Shown in pieces: positions 37,919-51,052 of a DNA stretch of 64,000 nucleotides. Numbering within the stretch: position 1 is the first letter of the stretch; every line of letters begins with the position of its first letter. The notes beneath the pieces were generated by a model. That model was not told the DNA's origin, made no database searches, and saw nothing but the letters and a program-made list of their open reading frames with translations. Source of the DNA: Stegostoma tigrinum. Taxonomy: Eukaryota. Where the stretch lies: the NCBI RefSeq assembly GCF_030684315.1, contig NC_081387.1, forward strand, positions 18,355,309 to 18,419,308. The letters run 5' to 3'. A program made the position numbers and the translations under genes.

Positions 37919-39285
37919 CCAACCTGATGACAGTGTTGATTCTTTTCCAAGCTAAGTGAGGACTTTCCAAAGTGTCGAAGGATTATTAGAGTGCCAATTG
38001 AAATAAGTTGTAGAATGTAGTTTAAGCTTAAAATTAGAGGTTGGAATGATGGCGAAATAAGTCATGTCAGAGATATGCGACAAATTGTTGCCCATCTGTA
38101 GAAAGCTTAGAACCTGTTGTTCAATGTTGAACCAAAGCCCTGGACATGTTCTGCTTAAAGATAACGTGTCAGCAACTGCAAATGTGGAGTCATGATGTAT
38201 AACATGGCATGGGGCCTTCCTTAAGGGGATGTGTTGAACTGTGTACATGCTTATCTGCTTACAACAACTGTGTCAAACTATAACATCACATATATGTATT
38301 GCCTTGTTTTTGTACTCGGGGGGACTACTGGCCCAAACTTTTGTTGGTCCGCATGATAACACGAATAAAGCCTCTTTACCTCCAAGCCTAAAGATCCAGT
38401 GGGTGATTCAATTAATATCTTCGTCACAAAGGAGTAACTTGCTGCATGAGGGCCATGGCAATGGCAGGTCTAATGGTTCTTGTCTCCAATGGAATTGGAG
38501 GCCAAAGCATCAGGCATCATTTCCCAGGCTCGCCTTTGAGCTACACTGCCACCTGCTGACTCGATGCCTTCCTGGACGGACTGAGCCTTCAAGTCTCCAT
38601 CTGCTTCGCCAGAGGCTTCACTTTTGACTGCCTTTTTTGCAATTTACTGCAACAGATTGAAGGCGTGACATTGCATTAAAAGAACAGCCATCCTTGTCAT
38701 CTCCATTGTGAGCGCTCTGAATATTTTGGTCAACTTTCCCTTACCTTTTCTTTCCGAACCCTGTTGCATTGTGAATAATGTACAGTGGGGCTCCCGCATC
38801 GTTGCTGATTATCACACTTCCAGTCTGGGCAACTCATCGGTTGTTCAACAACATCTCAAACACGTTTCTGCCTATTTCACTGCTGTTTCTATTGAATTGT
38901 CTCATTATCTGGCACATTCTAGTAGCCAACAGAACACGTCAGGCCGTGAAATGCAGCAGCAGTGGGACTGGAGAGACAGGGAGATATCCCGAATAGAAGA
39001 GTAGGAAGGCCACCATCATTCTGCTCTTTGTCATCTCCAGCTACTTCGTGGTACTGTCGATGCCCATCATTATCCTTCACATCTGTCTTGGCTTTACTCA
39101 AGTGGTTGATTACTGAAGCTCAAACTCGCTCTACGGACCATTCAGGGCAACGTCCCCGCTGTGTCGAACCAGCACCTGCACAAACACTTGCATTTACGCA
39201 CTGTTCCAGAGGAGATGCAGACAGGGGATGAAGAATGTGGTGAAATCTCGCTATTCTCTGCTCTGTAAACTAACTCAATATTTGA
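37919..39285 (+). pseudogene. GPR139-like: GPR139-like copy 3 exon 2, heavily degraded (stops, frameshifts, LTR insertion)
   Basis: Acceptor at 37918; ANLMTVLILFQAK*GLSK; homology resumes at 38427; ISNTFLPISLLFLLNCL..HILVANR. Confidence 0.85.
37973..38426 (+). mobile_element. Solo LTR (454 bp, TG..CA ends, 5-bp TSD CAAAG)
   Basis: TSD at 37968-37972 and 38427-38431; imperfect terminal inverted repeat TGTCGAAG/CTTCGTCA; AATAAA at 38364. Confidence 0.75.
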
Positions 39286-39529
39286 ATCTCTTTGGCTGGT
39301 TGGGGAGGTGACAAGTGGTGTAATGATAGCATCACTAAGTCCCTAACCCAGACCGTGTCCTGCGATACAGTTTCACATTCTCAGACAAATTTTCAAATGT
39401 CTCAGAGTGGGAGAAAAAAGCAGAGACATTAGTGGCACTGCCTCTACTCCAGACATTTGAGGCTCAAGTCCTACTCTCAGACATGGAACTAAGGATGGTG
39501 ATTTCTGAAGGTTTTCAAACAAGTTGATC

Positions 39530-40320
39530 AAACTTGGCAGATGGAGTACAATGCTGATAAGTGTGAGGCCATCCATTTTGCAGCACGCTGCTGTGCAGAG
39601 GTACTGAGGAGTACACGTGCATGAATCGCTAAAAGTCGGACTGCTCGTGAAGCAGGTCAATAAAAAAAGGCAAATGGAATTTTGTCTGTCATTGCTCTCG
39701 GGATGGAGTTTAAAAACAGGGAGGTTATGCTGCAGCTGTAGAGGGTCCTGGTGAGGCCACACCTGGAGTACTGTGTGCAGTTTTGGTCTCCTTACTTGAG
39801 AAAGGACATACTCACACTCGAAGTGGAGCAGAGAAGTGTCACTCTGTCGATTTTAGAGTTGAGAGGGTTAGATTATGAAGAGACACTGAGTAAACTGGGA
39901 TTATACTCATTGGAATTCAGAAGAATGAAGGGAGATCTTTTAGAAACAGGGAAGATTATGAAGGGAACAGATAAGCTGGAAGCAGGGAGGTTGGTTCCAC
40001 CAGCAGGTGAAACTAACACTTGGGGGCATAGCCTCAAAATAAAGGGAAGCAGATGTAGGACTGAGGTCAGAACGAACTTCTTCACCCAAGTGTTTGTGCA
40101 TCTGTAGAATTCCCTGCCCAGTAAAGCGGATCAAGCTACCTCACTGAATGTTTTTAAGGCAAGGCTAGATGAATTTTGAACAGTAAGGGAATTGAGGGTG
40201 ATGGTGAGTGGGCAGGTAAGTGGAGCAAAGTGTCAAAAAGATCAGCCATGATCTTATTGAATGGCAGGGCAGGATCAAGGGGCCAGATGGACTACTCTTG
40301 CTCCTAGTTCTTATGCTCTA
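39530..40320 (+). mobile_element. CR1 LINE 3' fragment
   Basis: RPHLEYCVQFWSPYLRKD; LYSLEFRRMKGDL. Confidence 0.85.
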
Positions 40321-41202
40321 ATATTGTTATGATTGTCAGACGGTACATCCTCCCAACCAATGCCACCAGCAGTTGGTCAGAGCAAGAGCTGTCCCCTTAT
40401 CAGCTGAATCCTCAGCTACAGCTGTCCTCCAGACAACAACAAGCACGAGCAAGGTTCACGTTGTCACAGGTGCTCGAACTCACCGAGCAAACAGTAACAT
40501 GTTGCTGCATGAAATGATTTCTCGTTCATCGAAACAAGAAGCAGCTATTCAGACGAGTTGCAGCTTTTCATTCTTGATGGAACTTCTTGGCAACGGGACA
40601 GTGAGTCTTTGAAGTTAAATTGTTGGGGTGTCATACCAGGAGCATTAGTACTAGGAGCAGGAGGAGGCCAAACAGCCCCTTCTGCCAGTTCTGCCATTTA
40701 ATGGAATTGTTTTTGATCTCATCTCAACCTCAACTCCACTTTCCTGCCCATTCTCTTCGACTTTCAACCCGTTACTCATGATAAATTGGTTTATCTCTTT
40801 CCTATATTCACTCAATGTCCTTTGCACAGATTCATGGCACTTGGAGAGAATTATTTCCTCCTCATTTCTTTTTTAAATTTGCTTGTCCCTGAACCTGAAA
40901 CATTGGCTTCTGATTCTAGACTGTCGCAGCATGAGGAAACATCATCTCTATGTTTACTTTGTCAATCCATCCTGCACTCAGAAGTTCTTCACATGGATTT
41001 CCTCTCATTCTCTCTCAACTTTGTTCAGGACGGGCTGAAAATGCTCAACCTGCCCTCAGAAGACAAACCTCTCATCTCTCATCTCTCAAATCAATCCAGT
41101 GAATCTCCTCTAAACTCCATCCAATGCAACTCCATCCCTCCTACAGCTAGAGACCCAAAACTGTACAGAATACTGCAGTGGAAGCTCAATAATGCTTTTT
41201 AC

Positions 41203-42133
41203 TGGATGTGAGTTTGCTCGCTAAGCTGGAAGGTTAGTTTTCAGACGTTTCGTCACCATTCTAGGTAACATCATCAGTGAGCCTCCGACGAAGCGCTGGT
41301 GTTATGTCCCGCTTTCTATTTATCTGGTTAGGTTTCCTTGGGTTGGTGATGTCATTTCCTGTTCTTTTTCACAGGGGATGGTAGATTGATTTGGAGCCAA
41401 TGTGTTTGTTGATGGAATTCCGGTTGGAATGTCATGCTTCGAGGAATTCTCGTGCATGTCTCTGTTTGGCTTGTCCTAGGATGGATGTGTTGTCCCAATC
41501 AAAGTGGTGTCCTCCCTGATCTGTATGTAAGGATACGAGTGATAGTGGGTCATGTCGTTTTGTGGCTCGCTTCCTGCCAGTTTGTCCAATGTCGTGTTTG
41601 TCACAGTTCTTGCAAGGTATTTTGTACATGACGATAACGTCATCTACAAAATACCTTGCAAGAACTGTGACAAACACTACATTGGACAAACTGCCAGGAC
41701 GCTAGCCACCAGGATACATGAACATCAACTAGCCACAAAACGACATGACCCACTATCACTCGTATCCTTACATACAGATAAGGAAGGACACCACTTTGAT
41801 TGGGACAACACACCCATCCTAGGACAAGCCAAACAGAGACATGCACGAGAATTCCTCGAAGCATGGCATTCCAACCGGAACTCCATCAACAAACACATTG
41901 GCTCCAAATCAATCTACCATCCCCTGAGAAAAAGAACAGGAAATGACATCACCAACCCAAGGAAACCTAACCAGATAAATAGAAAGCGGGACATAACACC
42001 AGCCCTTCGTCGGAGGCTCACTGATGATGTTACCTAGAATGGAGACGAAACATCTGAAAACAAACCTTCCAGCTCAGCGAGCAAACTCACATCCAGAACC
42101 TCAACCTGAGCTACAAATCTTCTCAAAACTCGC
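41203..42133. mobile_element. Palindromic Penelope (Poseidon-type) element: arms 41203-41633 and 41638-42095, 13-bp TSD
   Basis: TSD TAATGCTTTTTAC at 41190-41202 and 42134-42146; VIYKIPCKNCDKHYIGQT..RIHEH..REFLEAWH GIY-YIG. Confidence 0.9.
41244..41277 (-). ncRNA. Hammerhead ribozyme core in Poseidon-type pLTR (partner at 42021-42054 on + has GAAACATC)
   Basis: Minus strand: tca-CTGATGA-tGTTACCtagaatGGTGAC-GAAAC-GTC-tga. Confidence 0.7.
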
Positions 42134-42429
42134 TAATGCTTTTTACATTTGCCACAGAATGGCACTATATTTATGTCCCATTCCTTGAGTAGCAAATGCC
42201 AAGGTACCATTTGCTTTCTTTATTAGAGGAAGGTGAATTGCCCTGAACAGTCCATTATCTGTGTATCAGTGTGCCCCAGTTTCAAGTCAAAGACATTCAG
42301 CACATCCTCAGTGACTGGCAGTCCGAAATGCCTTTCCCCTTATTCTGCAACTGTATCCATTCGAATAGCCAGGGAATACCTCCTTTCTGTTCTATCCTCA
42401 GACTTTGCATCCTTCCAATATCGAAATAG

Positions 42430-42715
42430 TCCCTTCAGCCCAACAAATTCACACTGACTCCGACCCAGCCCCACCCTTCTATAACCAACCTAACCTAAAT
42501 CCTCCCTGAACGCTGTGGGCAATTGAGCATGGCCAACGCACCTAGCTTGCACATCTTTGGACTGGGGTGGAAACTGGAGCACCCAGAGGATACCCAATAC
42601 AGACACAGGGAGAATGTGCAAACTCCATACGGACTGTCAACAAAGAGTGGAATTGAACCTAGCCCGTGAGTTGCTGTGAGGCAGCAGTGCTAGCCACTGA
42701 AGCAGCATGCCACCC
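42430..42715 (-). mobile_element. HE1-like SINE
   Basis: gggagaatgtgcaaactcc; aattgaacc; gctgtgaggcagcagtgctagccactga. Confidence 0.7.
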
Positions 42716-44899
42716 ACGTTGAGCATTTTCAGAATTTCAAAAGTCACAAAGACATCACCTCTCATTTTGTTACACTTCAGAAAATACAATCCTTGTCTCC
42801 TCAATCTCTCCCAACAGGAAAAGCAGACTGTCCTGAGAATCAGTCTGGGAAATCACTTTGCATACCCTCCGTGGAAATATACTTATTTCCTTGGCAAGGA
42901 GACCAAAATGGCATGACTTCCTAACAAATGTACATTAATTATCCTACACTCACAACAATAAACCATTTGCTTTCCTAATTGCATGTGGCATCGACATGCT
43001 CCTTTTCATTCACCAACAAACAAAAGCACTCAGGTATCTTTCGACCTCAGCAATTTCTAATTTTTAGCCATTTAATATATAATGTATGCAATGCATACTT
43101 CTAACAAAGTGGATAACCTCACAATTATCCGAATGATACTCGATTCAAATTTCCTTACCATTCACTCAGACTGTGAAATTCTTGCTGATGCTGTCAGCTT
43201 GACAGTAAACGTTTCGACACAGTTTTCTGTCACACGCAAACTTGCAAGAAAGATACGGATAGAGCTCTTAAAGATACTGGAATCAAAGGTTTGGGGTTAA
43301 GGCAGGAACAGGATACTGACTGTGGATGATCACCATGATCATAATGAATGGTGGTACTGGCTGGAAGGGCTGAATGGCCTACTCCTGCACCTATTGTCGA
43401 TTGTATTCAATACATTCCCCCAAATCCAAATCATAGATTATGAACAACTGGGATCCACGATGTATTCCTTGCAGTACATAACTCATCACAGCTTGCAAAT
43501 CTGAGAATTGCCCTTACAGATCTATTGTCTGATATGCCATTTTCTGAAGAAGGGTTTAGGCCCAAAACGACAGCCTTCCTGCTCCTCTGATGCTGCTTGG
43601 CCTGCTGTGTTCATCCAGCTCTATGCCTTGTCATCTCAGTTCGTTGTCTGTTCCCATTTAGCTGAGCAATCCTCAATCAACCTTCTACAACCATGTACTC
43701 TAAATTTGCTCTAAACGCAAATAGAATTGATCAAAAAGCATTCTTGAAATGAAGATACACTGCACTGAGTGTTATAATTACTCCAGGATGTGGGCATGAC
43801 TGTCCGGGCCAGCATTTATTGTTTATCCTTTATTGTCAAGAGGGTAGTTGAGAGTCAGCCACATCTGGAGTCAAATGTAAGCCAGATCTTGAAGGGCAAA
43901 AAGGTGCTTCCCTGAAGGTCATCAGTTAAAAAAAAGCCTTTCAAACAATAGACAATGGATTTTTTGTCTTGGTTAGAAATTCCATTTCAGATTTTTTTTA
44001 AACTTTGAATAACATTGTCTTTGCCTCTAGATGAATGGCCCAGTGCTCGTATCACTGAACAAAGAACAAAGAACAATAAAGCACAGGAACAGGCCCTTCA
44101 GTCCCTGAAGCCTGCGCCAACACCTTTGCCCTTCCTTCACTCACAGGAGCTGTGTCTCTCTATTGCATTACTGTTCACGTATTCTTCCAGGTTCTCCTTT
44201 GAATGAGACTTTTGTGCTTCCTTCCACTACCTACTACGGCAGTGTATTCCAGGTACTTACCACCATTTGTGTGTAGGATTTGCCTCACACATCTTTTTTA
44301 AACTTTCCCCCACCCTGCCCCCGCACCTGCAACCTGCCTCCCCTCCTAATTGACCCCTCCACCCTGGGGAAGTGCTTAATTCTTTCCTCTGTCCCCATGC
44401 CATTCATAATCTTATAAACTTGCATCAAAAAACGGCCAGCTCTTCACAACCCTGCTTCGCCAATCTGCTGGCAACATCCTCAAATAGCTCGATTACTTTG
44501 TGAAAGTGATTTCCATAGATCTATGGTGATTCAGCCCAATCATCATATTGTTTGAATTATATCCTTGGATTTTCCTGACCACTCGTATCAGTTTAAAAAT
44601 AAATGGTGTTCTGTGCTATCACTCTCCAATCTTTTTATGCAGTGGGATCACATTTGCAACATTGCCACCTCCAATCAATTATTCTTACCCTTTACCGTTC
44701 TGTAGGATTCATAGTAATCACCCTGATCCATTGTTGCAGAAAGTTCAGTTTCCTATCTTGGTCACCCTCCATTATGGCAATCAGTTCATAATTGTTTATT
44801 CTATTTGTGTCACCAATGCACCTACATGGCTGGAAATATCACACAATCTCTCACTGCTTGATATTACCTGAAGGAACTCCTATCAAGAAAGGTGATAGT

Positions 44900-45441
44900 T
44901 TCTGAGAGTAATACAACATGGAAACAGCAAGGTAGAGGTCAGTACGCCAGACTCCAACAGCACCACCCTTATCCGCAGGCTTGATGACAACGTGAGGGTT
45001 AGATCTGAGTGCATGGAGTGCAATCAGTTCGGAGAGAGTTCGGTTGGATTTGTTGAGGGGGCAGTGATATGGCGGGGTCTAATGTCAAGTCGACAGTTCT
45101 CAATGCAGATCGAGTGCAGGTAAATGGCTGGAGGGAGGGGTCCAGGTGGAAGGAGAATGTTGGAGTTGGGCAAAGAGGTCCGTGGGATGGGGAGTGGCCT
45201 CTTGTCCAAAGGAATGAGCACGGAGGTGTGTGTGAGCAGAAAATACTTGACTGCTCAGCCTGTCGAACAGTGCCAGTTGAGATAGAAACGAGGTCAAAAT
45301 CGAAGGTGGTTGCAGAAAGACTTTCTGATGGCAGTTCAGTAATGGAGGGTGCAGTTTCAACAGTCATGTGATAATAAGGTGTGGAACTGCATGTAGACAG
45401 CAGGCCAGTCAGCATCAGAGGAGCAGGAAAGCTGACATTTC
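44900..45441 (-). mobile_element. Penelope 5' fragment (pLTR piece plus ORF N-terminus)
   Basis: Minus strand encodes LRAHSFGQ..PSTWTPP and VVIKPADKGGAVGVWRTDLY (PLE DKG motif). Confidence 0.75.
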
Positions 45442-45444
45442 AAA

Positions 45445-46775
45445 ACCGTGAATGATTTAAGTCCTCTCTCCATCCCTCAAGAAGGAATATTCAAAAAACT
45501 AATGCGGCTAAAGGCCCTGATCTAAAAAAAAGAGACAGATCCAGGGATACTGGATATATTGACTGTAATTTACTAAAATCCTTGGATTGTGAAGAACTAC
45601 CAGATGCTTGGAAAATCGACAATATGACACTGCTTTTCCAAAAGCAAGTGATGCAAAACATGGGTTAGTACCTCGATTGTCGAAAATATATTGGAATCAA
45701 TTGTTAAAGATGAGATCGTGTGTCATTTGGAAACGATTAATCTTATCAAGCAGAGTCAGCCCAGGCCCATGAAAGGAAAATTGTGACTGCCTAACTTAAA
45801 GGAAAATTTGAAGGATATCTCAACTGGAATGGACAGAGTGAAATCAGTAGACGTGTTTTAATTAGGCTTTGAGAAGGTGTTCACAGAAGGTTGAGTCATA
45901 AGAGCCCATGCTGTTGGACGTAACTTATTGGTCTGGATAGAGAATTTTCCAATGGCTTGGAGACAGTCAGTATTGATAAGGTATTCATTTACAGCATAGC
46001 CATCCATGGCCTTTGAGGTTCCACAGGGATCAGTGCTGGAATTGCTACTGGTTGTTATAAATATTATCAACCTGGAGAAAAGAAATAAATGTACTGGAGC
46101 CAAATTTGCAAATGGCACCAAACACAGGTGGAAAAGCAGATTCTGCTCCTTCGATGCTGCTTGGCCTGCTGTGTTAATCCAGCTCAACACCTTGTTATCT
46201 CTTGTGAGAAGGTACAGCGGTTTACAGAGAAATATTGAAAGGTGAAGTGAAACATTGTCAAAAGTCGTGTGGTTAAATGTCACATTGTTCATTTTGGAAG
46301 GTAGATCAAAAGAACAGTTTTACTTAAACAGAAAACAAAGGCTGCAGAAATCTGGAAAACTAAGGGAGTTAAGGTATTTTGTACGAAACAGAGAAAGCAA
46401 GCACAAAGCTGCAGCTAGCAACCAAGAAGACTTATGGAATGTTGATACGTCTTTCAAGAGGATTGGAATATCAGTTTATGGAAGTCTTATTGCAACTGTC
46501 CATGGTGATGGTACAACCACACTTGAAGTATTGTGCGCAGTTTTGGCCTGCTATTGAGGAAAAGAAAAAAAATAATAAAATCTTCGAACACAATTCAGAC
46601 AAGGAGCATCAGGATGATCGCACATTTGGAGGGACTGTCTGATGAGCAAAAAATCAACAGATTGGGACTCTACTCACTGGAGTGTAGGAGAATGAGAGGT
46701 GACCTCATTGAGACATATTGGATTCTTTTGGGGCTTGACCAGGTAATTGCTGGACGAAGATTCCCCTCATGCGTG
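45445..46775 (+). mobile_element. Old CR1 remnants in intron of copy 4
   Basis: VPQGSVL; PHLKYCAQFW; colinear with 58215-59430. Confidence 0.75.
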
Positions 46776-46778
46776 TGC

Positions 46779-46915
46779 TTTGGCTGTTTCTGCTTTCAAC
46801 AGAAAATGGGACCACCAGCAGCTCAAAGAGAAATTCTCCTTCCCATCATTGTAATCCTCGAAATTTCTGAAAGAAAAAGCTTTTGTGACATTTTCTTGCC
46901 TGTTCTGTTCTGAAA
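46779..46915 (+). other. Shadow exon 1 in intron of copy 4 (ATG 46806, MGPPAAQREILLPIIVILEIS, no GT donor)
   Basis: 64-nt open frame 46806-46869 homologous to exon 1, followed by aaag instead of gtaag. Confidence 0.75.
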
Positions 46916-47863
46916 TGTCCAAGAGAGAATAATCATAAAGGAGTAATGAATTAATTCTGAGATGAGGAGGAATTTGTTTTCTCAGTGGGTTGTGAATGTT
47001 TGAAGCTCCTTGCCACAGACAGAGCTGTGAAGGCAGAATCCTCATTGATATTTAACACTGAGGAGGACAGATTCTTGATGGCAGCGGCAGAAATTTTAGA
47101 CATTTCAAAATGACAACATTTTTGACAGAAGTTAGCCATAGAAGAGGAGAATCGGAACATCGGACTGAAAAGCAGGAATAGGCCAGTTGGCCGTTTGAAC
47201 ACCTCCCATCTTTCAGGAGGATCATGGCTGATCTGACAAATCGCCACTTTTCTTCGTGCATTTCATCACCCTTGAATCCCATGTGTATCCAAAATGTATT
47301 AAACTCAATTTTCGAGATTCAGCTGCCACGATGTTGAAGGGAAGAGCGTTCCATGTACTTAACACCCTCTTAGGGAATAAAAATCTCCTTATCTCTGTTT
47401 GAAATGGCAAATTGCTTGTTCCTAAACTGTGCCCTCTAGTTATAATCTTCACCTCAAGAGAACTCCACCTTATCCACTTTGTCCAGTGCCCTCAAGATCT
47501 TAAATACTTCAATGCGATGACTTCACATCCTCTTGGACTCAAATGAATTTAGGCATAACTTTTCTTCACCAAACAAGGCATGATTCCCAGGGGTGAGGCA
47601 GGTAATTTTTTTCTGTTCTGCTTCTAAATTAGAAAAAAAGTGTTGTCCTAAAATATTGAAACCGCGCAGTGCAAAATCACCTTCCAATTAATTCCACAAA
47701 ACAGACAATGCGTTGCCAATAAGCTGGCACTGTCTTTCATTGTTGTGCAAATCTAAAATTATCAACAGCTTCCAAATGTCTTGCAATTCCTGACCGTATC
47801 CATGCACATATCTACTGAGCGTTTGGTACATCTCATGATCTGCCTTTTTTCTTTATTTTTCAG

Positions 47864-48771
47864 CGAACCTGATGACAGTGTTGATTCTTTCTCGAGGTAA
47901 TTGTGGCCTTTCCCACGGAATCACTTGCTACATGAAGGCCATGGCAACGGCAAATCTGATGGTCCTTGTCTTCACTGTGCTTGTGAGCCAGATCATCAGG
48001 AATCATTTCCCAGGCTCACCGCTGAACTACACTCCCATCTGCCAACTCAATATTTTCCTGCAAGGGCTGAGCCTCCATCTCACCGTCTGGTTCACCATAA
48101 CCTTCACCTTTGACCGTTTTGTAGCAATTTGCTGCCACAAATTGAAGGCGAGATATTGCACTGAAAGAATGGCCAATGTGGTCATATCCACTGTGACCGT
48201 GGTTAACATTATAATCAACATTCCCTTACCTTTTCGCTATGAGGCTGCTTATGTTGTGAACAGTGTGCAGTGGGGCTGCCGCACCATCACCAGTTATCAC
48301 ACTTCACCGGGCTGGGCAGCTCACCGGTGGGTCAGCAACATCTCAAACTCGTTTGTTCCTATTCCCCTGCTCCTGTTGATGAATTCTCTCACCACCCAGC
48401 ACATCCTAATGGCCAGCAGAGCTCGGCGAGCCCTGAAGAGCAGCAGCAGTGCTGGTGCTGTGAAGATGGGCATTGACCCCGAGTTGAAGAGCAGGAAGAC
48501 CTCCATCGTTCTACTCTTTACCATTTCTGGATGCTTTGTGATACTTTCGGCGCCCATCACTGTGATTGATATGTGTGTCGGTGTCACCCCGACAATGGCT
48601 GTCCAAGATTCGAACTCACTCTACTTGGCAATCAGGGTGACATTCCTGATGATGTGCTTCAGCTCCTGCACAAACACGTGTATTTACGCACTGACCCAGA
48701 GGAGATTCAGAGAAGAGATGAAGAATCTGGCAAAATCTCCCTCTTCTCTGCTCTGTAAGCTACATAAATAA
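47864..48771 (+). CDS. GPR139-like: GPR139-like orphan GPCR copy 4, exon 2 intact (own exon 1 not found)
   Basis: Acceptor tttttcag at 47863; open 908 nt; FDRFVAICC, WGC, NTCIYALTQRRFREE. Confidence 0.85.
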
Positions 48772-48784
48772 GTTACATTTACCG

Positions 48785-49060
48785 GGGAGCTCCCGGTGGA
48801 AGGATAACCTCACTGGACCAGCAATCCAAAATGCTAAGCTAATATCTGTGGTTACAGAGTCAAATCCCAACATAAAAAACAGTGAATTATCTATTCAGCA
48901 AAATGTTCACCTGAGAATGACCATGGGGCCATTATTGATTGGTAAGTTTGAAGTTATTTTCCATCAGAGACCTAATGCCCAAAGGAATTCTACCATCTTT
49001 TGGTCTGTCCTGTATGCGACATTAGAACTACGGCCTGGTTTTTGACTCTTAAAATACATC
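48785..49060 (+). mobile_element. MER131-like SINE remnant after the stop of copy 4
   Basis: gataacctcactggaccagcaatcc...tcaaatccca, as in the other copies. Confidence 0.5.
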
Positions 49061-50686
49061 CGTCTCTGCATGAATGCCATCTGACCCACTGCAATCTCCA
49101 GCATTTGTTGCTCGCAGTACAGTTTCCAGCATCTGCCATAATGTTTCAAAAATACATTTGTCCTGTGTCTATGTTCGTTTTTGTAATTCTCAATGCAACA
49201 CATCTTACAGTTTAGAAGTGTCCACTCAATGTCTGAATTCCCCAAAAGACTTGAATAATTCGGGGTGAAGAGAGGTATATTATGTCGTGGTCGGGTCATG
49301 GTATGCAGTGGTAGTGCCTCTATCACTTATCCTGAAGGTCAGCGTTCAATTTCACCTGTTTTGGAGATGCATTTTCACACAGCTGACTAGGTTGGTTCAA
49401 GTGTCGATATGTTTTGGAGCTCAGAGTAAATTTGCACCAAATGATCACGAGACTGCAGTTGCAGAATTTGATGTGGTTTTGGGAGTCACATCAACAGGCT
49501 GGGATGACTAGTGAGGGTGTAGAAGTGTTTCACCGGAAAAAAAACTGAATACAAATCCCTGTCACAATGAAGCAGAATCTGGCACATTGTGTTTCTTTTC
49601 ATTCTTAATTCCAGCGACGACATTGACAGAGGCAGTTAGAATGATAGAGGGTTAGCTCAGTGTGCAGACGAACAATGTTTTATTGGTCTGGAAGGAGTGG
49701 ACATTGATGTGGAGATGAGGTGCAAGGGCATCCGGCTGACAATAGATGAACGTGGCGACTCTTGGCTATCTGAAACTGCGGGATTGATGGTCAGAATTAT
49801 TGAGGGAAGCAACAGCCAGACCAATATTGAGAATGAGCGAAGGCTGAGTCAAGGAGATATATTGATTGGGTAACAGTGAAGGAATGACAATATCTTGCCA
49901 AGTCAGGATTGTATGGTTTGAAAGGCAGTTTGTAGCAGTGGCATTTCCTTGCATCTGCTGTCCTTGTCATTTCCAATGGCCGGCTTGGAAGATGCTGTGC
50001 TGGGAGCCTTGGGAAGTTGTTGCAGTGAATCTTGTAGATGGTGCACATTGCTGCACATGTGCCATCATGGTGGAGGGAGTGAATGATGAAAGTTTTAGAT
50101 GATACATCAATACTTGCCACTTAGCAGTTTAAGTTTCAATGTTGTCCAGCTCTTGCTACATATTGACATGGATTGGCACATGGAATTTAATTTAGATGGA
50201 TGCAAGGAATTACATGTCATAAGAGAGGCCTAAGCAGGACTTTCACATTTAATTATAGGTCCCTGGGCAGTGTCGGTGAACAGAGACCGTAGGGGTGCAG
50301 GTACATAGTTTCTTCAAAGTGGGTCAGATAGATATTTCACTGAAGCCGGCTTTTCTTCACTGATCAGAACATTGAGTATCTGTGATAGGATGTCATCTAA
50401 ACTCTGAGAGCACATTAGGAATACTGCATACAATTCTGTTTACCCTGCAAAAGTAGAATCTGAAGAAAACAAGAAATGTGCCGGCATGTCTGGGGAACCA
50501 ACTACCAGGTGAGTCGGTAGAGATCAATACAATTGCAAGACTTAAAAGACATTTGGACATATCAATCGTTGGGAAAGTTTCAGGCAGATATGGGCCCAAT
50601 GTGGACAAATTGAGCTCGTTCCGTTCAGAAAGCCTCGTTGTCATCGATGATTTGGGCCAAAGGGTCTGTTTCAATGCTGCATGACT

Positions 50687-51050
50687 TGTTATGTGCCAGA
50701 CCAGACCTCCTCAAAATATTTTAAGAAGGTAGATGAAACCCCATCCTTTTCTTATTTTAAAGGCAAAAGTGAAGTTCCAGATGCAATGCGATTAGTTAAT
50801 CTACTCAATGTTAAGCGATACAATTCTTGTATATGCTATTTTTAAAATATAACCAAAGAAAGAAGTTAGAATAGAGTAACTCTATTGGAAATAGTAACAG
50901 AATTACAGATAAAGTATGCATTATTAATGTTCCAACATAGTAACATCCTTAGGAAAAAATGGCAAATTCAGACAAAAAAATTCTTTTCACAAGTAATTTC
51001 ACAGCAGAGAGAAACCCCAGCTTCCAGCTGCAATCAAGAGAGAGAAAAGC
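50687..51050. mobile_element. Possible LTR fragment
   Basis: Starts TGTTATG after a CR1 tail; resembles shark LTR sequence from memory only. Confidence 0.3.
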
Positions 51051-51052
51051 TC

